From contig CAZVGZ010000010.1 of NCBI GenBank assembly GCA_964627605.1, forward strand, positions 12,788 to 76,787: 64,000 bases of DNA, given 5' to 3'. Source of the DNA: an uncultured bacterium. GTDB lineage: Bacteria; Latescibacterota; MWCZ01; CAZVGZ01. Made by a program: the position numbers and the translations under genes. Positions 28,867 through 37,726 of the stretch are shown here, piece after piece (position 1 is the first letter of the stretch; each line of letters starts with the position of its first letter). The notes below the pieces were generated by a model that saw only the letters and a program-made list of their open reading frames with translations, ran no database searches and was not told where the DNA came from.

Positions 28867-29739
28867 TTGCAGATGTCACTCCACGAGCCTCACAGGTGGC
28901 GGATTCTCTTTTCAGACGAATCGGATGGCGCAGGCAACATGGCGTTGGATGAAGCGATCAGCGAGTCGGTCGCGGCTGGCCTCAGTCCCCCAACCCTCCG
29001 GCTCTATACCTGGAACCCTCCAACAATCTCATTCGGATGCTCCCAACACATCGAGTCGGAAATCGACGTCGACGCATGCCAGCGGGACGGCATAGGTCTA
29101 GCTCGCAGAATCTCAGGTGGGCGGGCGGTGCTACACTCGCAGGAGTTGACCTACAGCGTTTTCGCCAAGCCCAACGACCATAGAGCTTTCAGTGGCTCTA
29201 TCAATGACACATACGAAGCTATCAGCAGAGGCCTAGTGAAGGGTTTGCTGCGATCGGGAGTGGATGCAGAGCTGTATCGAGGTGAGGTCGGTGCTCAAAT
29301 TCTAGCGCAGACCTCAGCGCCCTGCTTCGCCAGTACATCACGTTCAGAGGTGGTCCTGCAAGGGCGGAAATTAGTAGGAAGCGCTCAGAGAAGGACAGCG
29401 GATGTCGTGCTGCAACACGGGTCGATCCTGTTGGGCCGCGATCATCTGCGCATCATCGACTATATGAGAGTCACCGAGAGTGTCAGGCTGCGTCTTAAGC
29501 GGTATATGGAGGACAACACGATCTCGCTCCAACAGACCGATTGGGACGAAGCAAGATCGAAAAAACTCCCAGAGAGGCTTAGACAAGGTTTTGCAGAGGT
29601 GTTTGAAATCGATCTGGAGTGGGACAGCCAGAGCGATTTTGAGCGCGATAGGGCCATATCGCTCGTGAGTACCAGATACGGTCTCAAAAGTTGGACACTC
29701 AAGACGCACGGCTCACCAAAGGTGGCAGCAGGTGTATAA
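28867..29739 (+). CDS. Lipoate-protein ligase / octanoyltransferase family protein (LplA/LipM-like BPL_LPL catalytic domain)
   Basis: RRISGGRAVLHSQELTYSV motif typical of LplA-type enzymes. ~290 aa. Confidence 0.75.
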   Translation: MQMSLHEPHRWRILFSDESDGAGNMALDEAISESVAAGLSPPTLRLYTWNPPTISFGCSQHIESEIDVDACQRDGIGLARRISGGRAVLHSQELTYSVFAKPNDHRAFSGSINDTYEAISRGLVKGLLRSGVDAELYRGEVGAQILAQTSAPCFASTSRSEVVLQGRKLVGSAQRRTADVVLQHGSILLGRDHLRIIDYMRVTESVRLRLKRYMEDNTISLQQTDWDEARSKKLPERLRQGFAEVFEIDLEWDSQSDFERDRAISLVSTRYGLKSWTLKTHGSPKVAAGV

Positions 29740-31162
29740 CGATAGCGAATGGCAGCGCACGATGCGAATCCGTCTGGACTACAACAACGTAATGGCGGAC
29801 ATGATTGGCGATGAACACGGAATCAAAGCCGACGAGTTGACGCGTCTAGGAGGTCTTCTTGGCGAAATAGACACCGATCTGGCTTCCCTAAGAGAGTCGG
29901 GCTCACTGCCATACCGCGATCTGCTCTACCAGGACATCTCCGCCGTCACCGAGTGTACCGAAAACCTTCAGGCACGTTTCTCCACAATGGTAGTAATAGG
30001 GATCGGCGGATCGGCGTTAGGAGCCATATCGCTTAGGACAGCGCTATGTCATCCACACCACAACGAACTTGACGACGGCAGACGCCAGGGGATGCGCCTT
30101 TTTGTCGCCGACAATGTCGATCCAGATGCCCTGACAGCCCTATTTGACATTGTTGAACCTCAGACCACCGTATTCAACGTAATTACGAAGTCAGGCAGCA
30201 CAGCGGAGACGATGAGCACACTGCTTCTGGTGATCCGCTATCTGAAAGACAATATCCGCGACAGTTGGCGTGACCACCTGATCGCCACTACCGACCCCGC
30301 CAAAGGCGATTTGAGAGCGTTTGCGGACAGTGAAAATGTCGCCACGCTCGAAGTGCCTGACGGTGTAGGCGGAAGGTTCTCAGTGTTGAGTGGTGTCGGG
30401 CTTCTTCCTGCTGCGGCTGCTGGGATCGACATAGCGGAGCTGCTGGCTGGTGCGGCGGCGATGGACGAGAGGCTCACCAGTTCTGAAGTGATGGACAGCC
30501 CGGCCTATGTCGGTGCAGCGATTCACCACCTAGCCTACAACCACGAACACCCCAAGCCAATAGCGGTGATGATGCCCTATGTTCAGGCGCTCAAAGACGT
30601 ATCGGACTGGTTCAGGCAGCTCTGGGCGGAGTCGCTCGGCAAAGCTGTCGATCTCTCCGGCGACCTGGTCAACGTCGGGCCAACCCCGGTAAATGCGCTT
30701 GGTGTCACCGACCAACACTCCCAGGTACAGCTCTACGTCGAAGGCCCCAACGACAAACTGTACACTTTCGTGGCTGCCGATAGGTTTTCTCACCCAATGC
30801 CTTTCCCAAATGAGCTTCCTGAGTATGCCGCCACATCCTATTTTGATGGCGCTACTATGGAGCAGCTTCTAAGAGCCGAACGTCAGGCAACTGAGTTGGC
30901 GCTCTGCGGGCAGTTCCGACCGAACATGACACTCACGCTTCCAGAAGTCCGCGCTTTCACCGTTGGGCAGTTGCTGTACATGCTGGAAGTGCAGACTCTC
31001 TGCGCTGGAGCGCTCTTCAATGTGGACCCTCTGGATCAACCAGGCGTAGAAGCTGGCAAAACAGCCACCTACGCACTGATGGGCCGAGAGGGCTACGAAG
31101 CCCAAGCCGCTCAAATACGTTCCGAACAGGCCCGCCGCAAAGACGACTACCGCCTCGCGTGA
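29732..31162 (+). CDS. pgi: Glucose-6-phosphate isomerase (short bacterial/archaeal type)
   Basis: VVIGIGGSALG motif, a SIS-domain architecture, ~465 aa. The start is uncertain (alternative Met at 29762). Confidence 0.85.
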   Translation: MYNDSEWQRTMRIRLDYNNVMADMIGDEHGIKADELTRLGGLLGEIDTDLASLRESGSLPYRDLLYQDISAVTECTENLQARFSTMVVIGIGGSALGAISLRTALCHPHHNELDDGRRQGMRLFVADNVDPDALTALFDIVEPQTTVFNVITKSGSTAETMSTLLLVIRYLKDNIRDSWRDHLIATTDPAKGDLRAFADSENVATLEVPDGVGGRFSVLSGVGLLPAAAAGIDIAELLAGAAAMDERLTSSEVMDSPAYVGAAIHHLAYNHEHPKPIAVMMPYVQALKDVSDWFRQLWAESLGKAVDLSGDLVNVGPTPVNALGVTDQHSQVQLYVEGPNDKLYTFVAADRFSHPMPFPNELPEYAATSYFDGATMEQLLRAERQATELALCGQFRPNMTLTLPEVRAFTVGQLLYMLEVQTLCAGALFNVDPLDQPGVEAGKTATYALMGREGYEAQAAQIRSEQARRKDDYRLA

Positions 31163-31289
31163 GTTGCCGGATCTCTGCCCCAAGGGCCTCTGGTTGTGGA
31201 CGATATTCCGCGGTTCGGCAGACGCGGCGCAGGACAGCATAATCTGTTCTGTCGGAATCACCTTCCGATCATTCCTCTAGATTCCCGAC

Positions 31290-31318
31290 TTGCACACAAC
31301 AACTGTTTGTAGTAATAT
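31290..31318 (+). promoter_or_regulatory. Near-consensus sigma70 promoter TTGCAC-17-TAATAT upstream of the URO-D-like fragment
   Basis: -35 at 31290-31295 and -10 at 31313-31318 with a 17-nt spacer. Followed by a ~100-nt leader containing a CCCC/GGGG hairpin. Confidence 0.4.
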
Positions 31319-31415
31319 AGCGTTGGGCGACTGAGCAAGAGTAAGTGCTCCTAATCGCCCCCTTCGGTTCAACTGACTGCGCCATTCCACGCCCCGCTCT
31401 TACGGGGTTAGCGAC

Positions 31416-31808
31416 ATGGCGCACGACCCCACATGGAGGCGAGTGGTGAGTTTCTCATTGGAAATAGACTACCCCATCGAGCGGATGGAGCAGAACCGCA
31501 AACGGGCGAAGGCACGGCAATCCTACGACTACCACGACCGGGTCCCTGTGGCTTTCTGCTTCGTCCCACGATTCTTCACACCGATCTTCGGGATTCCCTA
31601 CAACGAGATATTCAAGGACATCGAAACCCAGTACCACCGGTTGTTGCAGTTCGCCAAATACCGAATAGAAAACATACCTGACGACTCCTACTGCTTTGAA
31701 CCCACCGTCGTGGTCCAACCCTATTTCGACAACGTGATTGAGGCCGACGCTTTCGGTGCCGAGATAATCTACCCGGAGAACGAGACTGTCCACTTAAGTA
31801 CCCGCTGA
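31416..31808 (+). pseudogene. Uroporphyrinogen decarboxylase (URO-D)-like family N-terminal fragment (130 aa; full length expected ~350-390 aa)
   Basis: HDRVPVAF...FFTPIFGIPY...IEADAFGAEIIYPEN is typical of the first third of MtaA/CmuA/URO-D-like proteins. The ORF stops at 31806 and an unrelated ORF follows. Confidence 0.5.
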
Positions 31809-31853
31809 CCGCAGAGAGACAGGCAAACCTTTCTTCACTCGACCGGAGTTGCT

Positions 31854-33239
31854 TTGCATAATCCGGCGGTACCAACACACATTGGCGGCGTGTTCCCACA
31901 CTTAGCGGTCAAGGCTGACCACAAGCCCTTCAGGAGTGAGACAGGGATTGGGGCGCTGATGCCGTGGGCCGATCGACTCTGGTTCGTCACCTACGTCGCG
32001 CACAAGGCAGGGAGCGGTGGCGGTACCGGGCTGTTCTCCATTGATGACCAGATGCAGATCACGAAGCAACCGGCCTCACGAGTCGGGACGTACGCCAACC
32101 GTATCATCCACCATGAGTCCGACCAGCTCATCATCGGCCCGCACGCGATAAGTACAGATGGCGACGTGCGCACGTTCGAAGATCTCGTGGATGTGCGGTT
32201 GGCAGCGACGGCCAGACATTTGGATGAACCCGAAAACCTGGTCTACTTCCTCGGCATGGAAGGAACACTCTACGAAGCCGATGTCCACACCCTGGCCGCC
32301 CAACCGATTGCCGACCTGAATGCGGAACTCGGTGTGGAGAGCAAGCCTCACTTCAAAGACGCCTACTCAGATCACGGTAGGCTCGTTGTCGTAAATAACT
32401 CCTACTACGCTGAGGACTACGCTCGCGGCGAAAGCGACGGGCGCTTGGCGGAATGGGACACCAAGCGATGGCGAACGATAGCACAGACGCAGTTCAACAC
32501 GGTAACCGGTCGCAGTTCCGACGCGCTTGGGCGAGCCATCTACGCCGCCGGGCAGGATAGGGCCTCCGCACTGCTGTACGTCTATCTACCAACCACCGGA
32601 TGGAAAATCTACCGGCTGCCGCGGAGCACGCACACGCAGGACCACGCGTGGACCACCGAATGGCCTCGCATGCGCGAAGTGGAGTCAGAACGCTGGCTGC
32701 TCGACGCAGGTGGCATGTTCTACGAGTTGCCTGCGATGACGTACGCCGACTCGCTTCGCGGAGTTGTCCCGATATGCCGCCACCTTCGTATCATTGGCGA
32801 CTACTGCTCATGGAACGGGCTGATGGTAATGGCTGGCGACCAGGCGACCCCAATCGGCGACACTAATCCGTTCATCGGCCAATCGCAGTCGAACCTCTGG
32901 TTCGGGAAAACCGACGATCTTTGGTCCTTTGGCTCGAAGCCATCGGGCTGGGGCGGCCCCTGGTGGGACCAGGCTGTGAAGGCTGAAATCCCCTCGGACC
33001 CTTTTCTTATGACCGGATTTGAAAAAAAATGCATACACATCAGCCACGATGGTGAACAGTCGGAAAGATTTGCCGTCGAACTCGACTTCCAAGGCACCGG
33101 TGCGTGGTGTCGCTACACAGAACTCGAATCCAGCGGGGGGTACGTCGTGCATGCGTTCCCAGACGGCACTGCCGCCCACTGGGTACGCATCGTGCCCTAC
33201 CGGGACTGCACCGCAACCGCACAGTTTTTCTACAGTTGA
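31854..33239 (+). CDS. Hypothetical protein (461 aa), no recognisable domain
   Basis: Long ORF with consistent GC-rich coding character, Trp-rich. Start codon uncertain. Confidence 0.5.
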   Translation: MHNPAVPTHIGGVFPHLAVKADHKPFRSETGIGALMPWADRLWFVTYVAHKAGSGGGTGLFSIDDQMQITKQPASRVGTYANRIIHHESDQLIIGPHAISTDGDVRTFEDLVDVRLAATARHLDEPENLVYFLGMEGTLYEADVHTLAAQPIADLNAELGVESKPHFKDAYSDHGRLVVVNNSYYAEDYARGESDGRLAEWDTKRWRTIAQTQFNTVTGRSSDALGRAIYAAGQDRASALLYVYLPTTGWKIYRLPRSTHTQDHAWTTEWPRMREVESERWLLDAGGMFYELPAMTYADSLRGVVPICRHLRIIGDYCSWNGLMVMAGDQATPIGDTNPFIGQSQSNLWFGKTDDLWSFGSKPSGWGGPWWDQAVKAEIPSDPFLMTGFEKKCIHISHDGEQSERFAVELDFQGTGAWCRYTELESSGGYVVHAFPDGTAAHWVRIVPYRDCTATAQFFYS

Positions 33240-33313
33240 TCGAACTCGGGAACGACAGGCCTCAAGGCTGGTCTCAGATCGCAGACGATTATCACTTACG
33301 CAGAGGAATCCCA

Positions 33314-34438
33314 ATGTCCAACACTCAAATCCCCATCGGTCCAGGCGATGAAATTAAAGTCACCAATATCGAGACATTTGTCCTAAAGAACTCGTGGGTC
33401 TTCGTCAAGATTTCGACCGACGCAGGAATCACGGGTTGGGGCGAGATGCTCAAGGATGACGCCAAGGCTTGTGCCGCCGGAGCGTTGGAGGTCGTAGGCT
33501 ATCTAGTGGGCCAGGACCCCCGCCGGGTCGTCCACCACTGGCAGGCCATCCACCGTGGGGCTTTCTATCGCGGTGGCCCGATCAAAACTGCGATCTCCTC
33601 CGGTATTGATATGGCCCTCTGGGACATCACTGGCAAATGTCTTGACTTGCCGATCTACAAGCTTTTTGGTGGCCCCACCCGCGACAGAGTGCGCGTCTAT
33701 GGAGCGATCAATGAAGAGACCGGCGTCGATGCGATGAAGTTCGGTCTTACCGGCTCGCGACAGCCATACAAATACATCGAAGGCCAGAAGTTTGTCGATG
33801 AGGTGGTCGAACGTTTCAAGGCGCTCCGCGACCAGCACGGCTCAGGCGCAGATATCGCCATCGACTTTCACGGAGCCGTGCAGCCCCCCACCGCGAGCCT
33901 ACTCATCAAAGCGCTTGAACCCTACAACCCCTGGTTCTACGAAGAGATTGTTCAGTGCCTCAATGTGGATGTCATGGCCGAACTCGCCAGAAAAACCCAC
34001 ATCCCCATCGCCACAGGCGAACGCGTCTTCACCAAGTGGGGATTTAAAGAGATCCTCGAAAAACGGGCGGCGGTCATCCTCCAGCCCGATGTCTGTTATG
34101 CAGGCGGCATCACCGAACTGAAGATCATCGCAGGTATGGCTGAGGCCTACTACACACCTCTGGCACCACATAACCCCCAAGGACCAATCTCACTCGCCGC
34201 GAGTCTGCAAGTTGCAGGATTTGTACCCAACTTCTTGGCGCAGGAGCGGGGCGACAGCGAATACATGGAACTCTTGGCAAAACCGCTTCCTGTAGTCAGC
34301 GATGGCCATCGTCCGCTGTCGACCGACCCAGGTCTCGGCATCACTATTGACGAAGACAAGCTCATGGGCATGGTCGGCGAGCCTAGCCCCTACCCATATC
34401 ACGTTGACGACGATGACGGTTCCGTTGTGGACTGGTAA
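33314..34438 (+). CDS. Enolase-superfamily sugar-acid dehydratase (D-galactonate dehydratase DgoD-like, MR/MLE family)
   Basis: N-terminal KISTDAGITGWGE motif characteristic of the DgoD family. AGAGGAA RBS 6 nt upstream of the ATG at 33314. 374 aa. Confidence 0.8.
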   Translation: MSNTQIPIGPGDEIKVTNIETFVLKNSWVFVKISTDAGITGWGEMLKDDAKACAAGALEVVGYLVGQDPRRVVHHWQAIHRGAFYRGGPIKTAISSGIDMALWDITGKCLDLPIYKLFGGPTRDRVRVYGAINEETGVDAMKFGLTGSRQPYKYIEGQKFVDEVVERFKALRDQHGSGADIAIDFHGAVQPPTASLLIKALEPYNPWFYEEIVQCLNVDVMAELARKTHIPIATGERVFTKWGFKEILEKRAAVILQPDVCYAGGITELKIIAGMAEAYYTPLAPHNPQGPISLAASLQVAGFVPNFLAQERGDSEYMELLAKPLPVVSDGHRPLSTDPGLGITIDEDKLMGMVGEPSPYPYHVDDDDGSVVDW

Positions 34439-34468
34439 ACTGGCGGTAGTAAAGAAGCTCTGCCGCCG

Positions 34469-34726
34469 CTACGCCCCATCCAGAGCTGGCGGCGGCGTCG
34501 TGAGCCATCTGTAGTTGAAGGCGTAGTGGTTCCGACTGCTCACGAGATGAATCAACCCGTTGGCGGCCTGGCACGCTGTAAGGTAACCCGCCTGCTCAGA
34601 GCGGCTTTTGCCCATGGGCCACGCGTGCCCGTCAAACGACTCAATCGGGCGTTCGATCCCATCATCGCTGATGGGGCGATGGTTCTCCCATGTCTGCCCG
34701 TCATCGTGAGAGACCGCTGAGTACAT
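34469..34726 (-). pseudogene. BNR/Asp-box (sialidase-like) C-terminal fragment, 85 aa
   Basis: SHDDGQTW Asp-box motif. Only the C-terminal ~85 aa are present. In frame with the upstream 676-aa ORF across a TGA. Confidence 0.4.
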
Positions 34727-34761
34727 GCCCTCAATCTGTCGCGTCGCACCCGATGCATCGG

Positions 34762-34794
34762 TGATCGTTAGCGGATCGTTGGCGGATCGTTGGC
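34762..34794. repeat. Tandem 11-bp repeat x3 (GATCGTTAGCG / GATCGTTGGCG / GATCGTTGGCG), each unit carrying a GATC
   Basis: Read directly from the sequence between the beta-propeller stop and the BNR fragment. Confidence 0.8.
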
Positions 34795-34849
34795 GAACGA
34801 GACAAACATAAGCGCGCCTTCCCTTAGGCGTAATAGCACAATGTGTCGG

Positions 34850-36784
34850 TCAGTCCCGTGCTCTAAGCTGAACAAGGTCCACAGCACACACCTCATTCCC
34901 CATCGAGAAGTGTAGCTTGCCTCCAGCGACATGCAGGTGCGAACCGTCTTCATCAATGAGAGGCTCGAATCGCGTGGAGTCGCCCAACACATGCAGCCGT
35001 CCAGTTCCGCACCCAGTAACCGCAGCCCAGAGCGTCCCGGTTTCATCAACGGCAACTGACGTGCTGCCTGGCGTTGGTCCCAGCGGGCGAGCCGATCGGA
35101 TCTCAGCACTCCACGCCAGGAAATCACCACCAATCTCAGCGAGCACTTCCCCCGTCGGCAGCAGCGCACAAACCCTGGCGCTATCAACACCGTCAGGAGC
35201 CCGGAACTCAGCACGAACGACCAGTTCTTCCATGTCAAACGCGACGATTCGCGCGGTGGTCTCTGTCGGCGGCGCAGACCCGCAGTCGGCCATCACATCT
35301 GTAGCAGCGTAGACGACCCGTCGCTCAGGGTCGGCGACAATCGAGATGAATCTCTGGTTCGGTACCAGATCGCACCACACTTTAGTCTCACCGTCATTGG
35401 GGTCGATGCGGCAGAGCGCCCCGCCAAGCGTCCCGTAGTTCGGGCTGGTGGCCATCCACACATGACGTCCATCGTGGACCAGAGCCATCGGTCGCATCTG
35501 TCCATATTCATGCGCGCTGGATACGAGTGTGGGGTTATCAGGCCACGCCCCCGAACGGTCTGGGTCATACGCGGTAACGCTTGTCGTGGTGTAGCTGCTC
35601 ATCAAAACCCGGCTTGTCGTCGGGTCCCACACGATCTGGTTCACCTGACCGCCTCCAGGTGCCGCTCTCCCCATGTCGCCACTCTGCCCGGTCTTGGTGT
35701 CGATTGTCCAAAAACGCTGGTTGATGAACGGTGCCCCAACTATCAGATACTCTTCAGGCACCGCGCAAAACGCGTGGACGCCCATCGGGCCGTTAGCCTC
35801 AAGATCAATCTGGGTGGTCTGACCCGTATCCAGATCCAGATAGTGCGCGATCCCTCCTGGCGTCAAACCGCAGATTCCCGACTCACCCCAAGGCGAGAGT
35901 ATCGCCGGGTCGTCGCCGGTCCAGCCCTCGGCGACGCGATCCCACCGCTTTTCAGGTAGATTAAGCGCATAGAGGCTGTTCTCCGGCCTCGCGAACGCGC
36001 AGAATTTCCCGCCAGCAAAGCAAGCCTTGCCGCCCATCTGAGTGACCCCATCTGGCGGCGCGATCGTGTCTATAAGCCCAAGACCCGGGTAGGAAAGAAG
36101 CGCTAAACTCCCAAGTTTCATGTCAGCGTTGCCGACGAAGATGCCGATGGTTTGGTCGTCAAAAAAAGTCGCGTCTGCGGTCCAGCTACAGCCGAGCATG
36201 ACAGGCGGAGTGACCGACTGCGGCTCCAAAGTGTCAAGATCGAGAACTACCAGTCGTGCTTGGGGTACGTGCATAGACAGTATGATCTTGCCATCAGGAG
36301 CTTCGATGACGCGGTGCCCGTAGAGCGCGGTTGGCTCGTCGGTGTCCAACGGCCGGAACACTTTCACAAGTTGACGGCTGTTTATGTCGAATACGGCAGC
36401 ATGACCAGGCGAACAACTCCACACGGCATGATGCTCCGTCACACAGCCACCCCAGGTAATGCTAGTCATCTCGCCGCTGACAAGTGTCTCGAACACGTCG
36501 GCTTCAGGGTCAAATACCACCAAGTCGCCGTTGCCACAACCGAGGTACAGATTGCCGTCAGAACCCGTCTTCAACATGTAAGCCCCAGGCACACTTTCGG
36601 GAAGCCGACGCTCAAAATGCGAACCGGTATCCGGGTTCCAAAAGTAGATGCGCCCCCCTGAACCGCCACCCCATATACTACTTACCAGATGCGGTTCGCT
36701 GGCAAAAATGATTTGGGCGATCTCCGCATTCACGAACGGCAGGCGCGAATCTGGCGCGCGACGACGAACCACTTCGTACTGCAT
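34850..36784 (-). CDS. Hypothetical beta-propeller repeat protein (645 aa from the internal Met with GGAG RBS)
   Basis: Long GC-rich ORF with multiple Gly/Trp/Asp blade-like repeats. Start chosen at MQYEVV, preceded by GGAGACTCTCA. Confidence 0.6.
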   Translation of the reverse strand: MQYEVVRRRAPDSRLPFVNAEIAQIIFASEPHLVSSIWGGGSGGRIYFWNPDTGSHFERRLPESVPGAYMLKTGSDGNLYLGCGNGDLVVFDPEADVFETLVSGEMTSITWGGCVTEHHAVWSCSPGHAAVFDINSRQLVKVFRPLDTDEPTALYGHRVIEAPDGKIILSMHVPQARLVVLDLDTLEPQSVTPPVMLGCSWTADATFFDDQTIGIFVGNADMKLGSLALLSYPGLGLIDTIAPPDGVTQMGGKACFAGGKFCAFARPENSLYALNLPEKRWDRVAEGWTGDDPAILSPWGESGICGLTPGGIAHYLDLDTGQTTQIDLEANGPMGVHAFCAVPEEYLIVGAPFINQRFWTIDTKTGQSGDMGRAAPGGGQVNQIVWDPTTSRVLMSSYTTTSVTAYDPDRSGAWPDNPTLVSSAHEYGQMRPMALVHDGRHVWMATSPNYGTLGGALCRIDPNDGETKVWCDLVPNQRFISIVADPERRVVYAATDVMADCGSAPPTETTARIVAFDMEELVVRAEFRAPDGVDSARVCALLPTGEVLAEIGGDFLAWSAEIRSARPLGPTPGSTSVAVDETGTLWAAVTGCGTGRLHVLGDSTRFEPLIDEDGSHLHVAGGKLHFSMGNEVCAVDLVQLRARD

Positions 36785-37273
36785 TGAGAGTCTCCAAGGC
36801 CGCAAGTCACGTCCAAATGCTGAGCATCGGCGAGCCTCATGCCGATCCAATCGCTCAACATCGGTTTCAGCTATCGACAACGCACTGTTCCTAATATTCC
36901 ACCCTAATCCCCTCGCCTCCCGCTTTCAATATACACGAACATAGAGGCTCCAATCTCATGTCCTTCTGGTTTGATGATTCCAGCCCACCGCTTGCCGTTC
37001 CAAAGGCAGGTTCTACCGATTCATTCCAAACCATCACCAAATACCAAATGCAGATAGATTGCCATCGGATTTTGATCTCATTTCCAGCGGATATTCCGAC
37101 CGTTATTACCTTTTTTACTGTTTCGACCCAGGCAATCCAACTCGTCCCCCTCACGCCAAGGGGGCCAACTTATTTGGCTCGCTCTCGCCTACCATCTCTT
37201 CAGGCAGGCAAATCCCAGCAAAGCCGACTTCAGACCCCTTTCCGCAACCCGTCGGGCCCGCCACCGCAACACG

Positions 37274-37669
37274 TTGCAAGATGCGCTGATCTGTTGGGGA
37301 ACAAAAGACCGCCTACGTATTTACGAAAGTACCTGTATTCATATATGCCCAGGGCGGGACTTGAATCCACACGATGCGAAACATCATCGGATTTTTGGGT
37401 CTGATAGGAACCGTCAGCCCAACCCGACCAATCCCGCCACCATCATCCGCTACGTTCTGGCCGACGATGGACCGGCAAGCGTCACACTACACTCCATGCT
37501 GGGTCAGCCGATTAGATCACTGCTCCGAGGAAACCATGTCGCCGGAGCCGGGCCGGTGGCTTGGGACGGCAGAGACTCGTTCGGTCGTCTGGCAGCAAGC
37601 GGGGTTTATTTCGTGCGGTTCTCATCTGGCAAGGTTACGCAGACCAGGCGGCTTGTTCTGGTTCGGTAG
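37274..37669 (+). pseudogene. Orphan T9SS type-A C-terminal sorting domain (Por secretion CTD) remnant; only the last ~80 aa are recognisable
   Basis: The C-terminal IIRYVLADDGPASVTLHSMLGQPIRSLLRGNHVAGAGPVAWDGRDSFGRLAASGVYFVRFSSGKVTQTRRLVLVR matches the T9SS CTD pattern (SGxYFxRL...KLxLxK). The upstream ORF portion is low-complexity junk. Confidence 0.55.
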
Positions 37670-37726
37670 CTGAAAATTGCTAAACTGAGCAGATAGAACG
37701 GGGCGGCAAGGCTGTCGCTCCGTTTT

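Noticed and set aside
34800-34852. Possibility that the in-frame TGA at 34850-34852 encodes selenocysteine
   Set aside because: No convincing SECIS-like hairpin immediately downstream. The protein is a beta-propeller with no redox-motif context. TGA is used as an ordinary stop elsewhere in the window.
37340-37425. tRNA-like 3'-end motif (minus strand GTGGATTCAAGTCCCGCCCTGGGCA), resembling a T-arm plus acceptor stem
   Set aside because: No cloverleaf could be built: position 53-61 would be A-C, there is no matching 5' acceptor strand, and no D or anticodon arm. At most it is a decayed tRNA or att remnant, not a tRNA gene.
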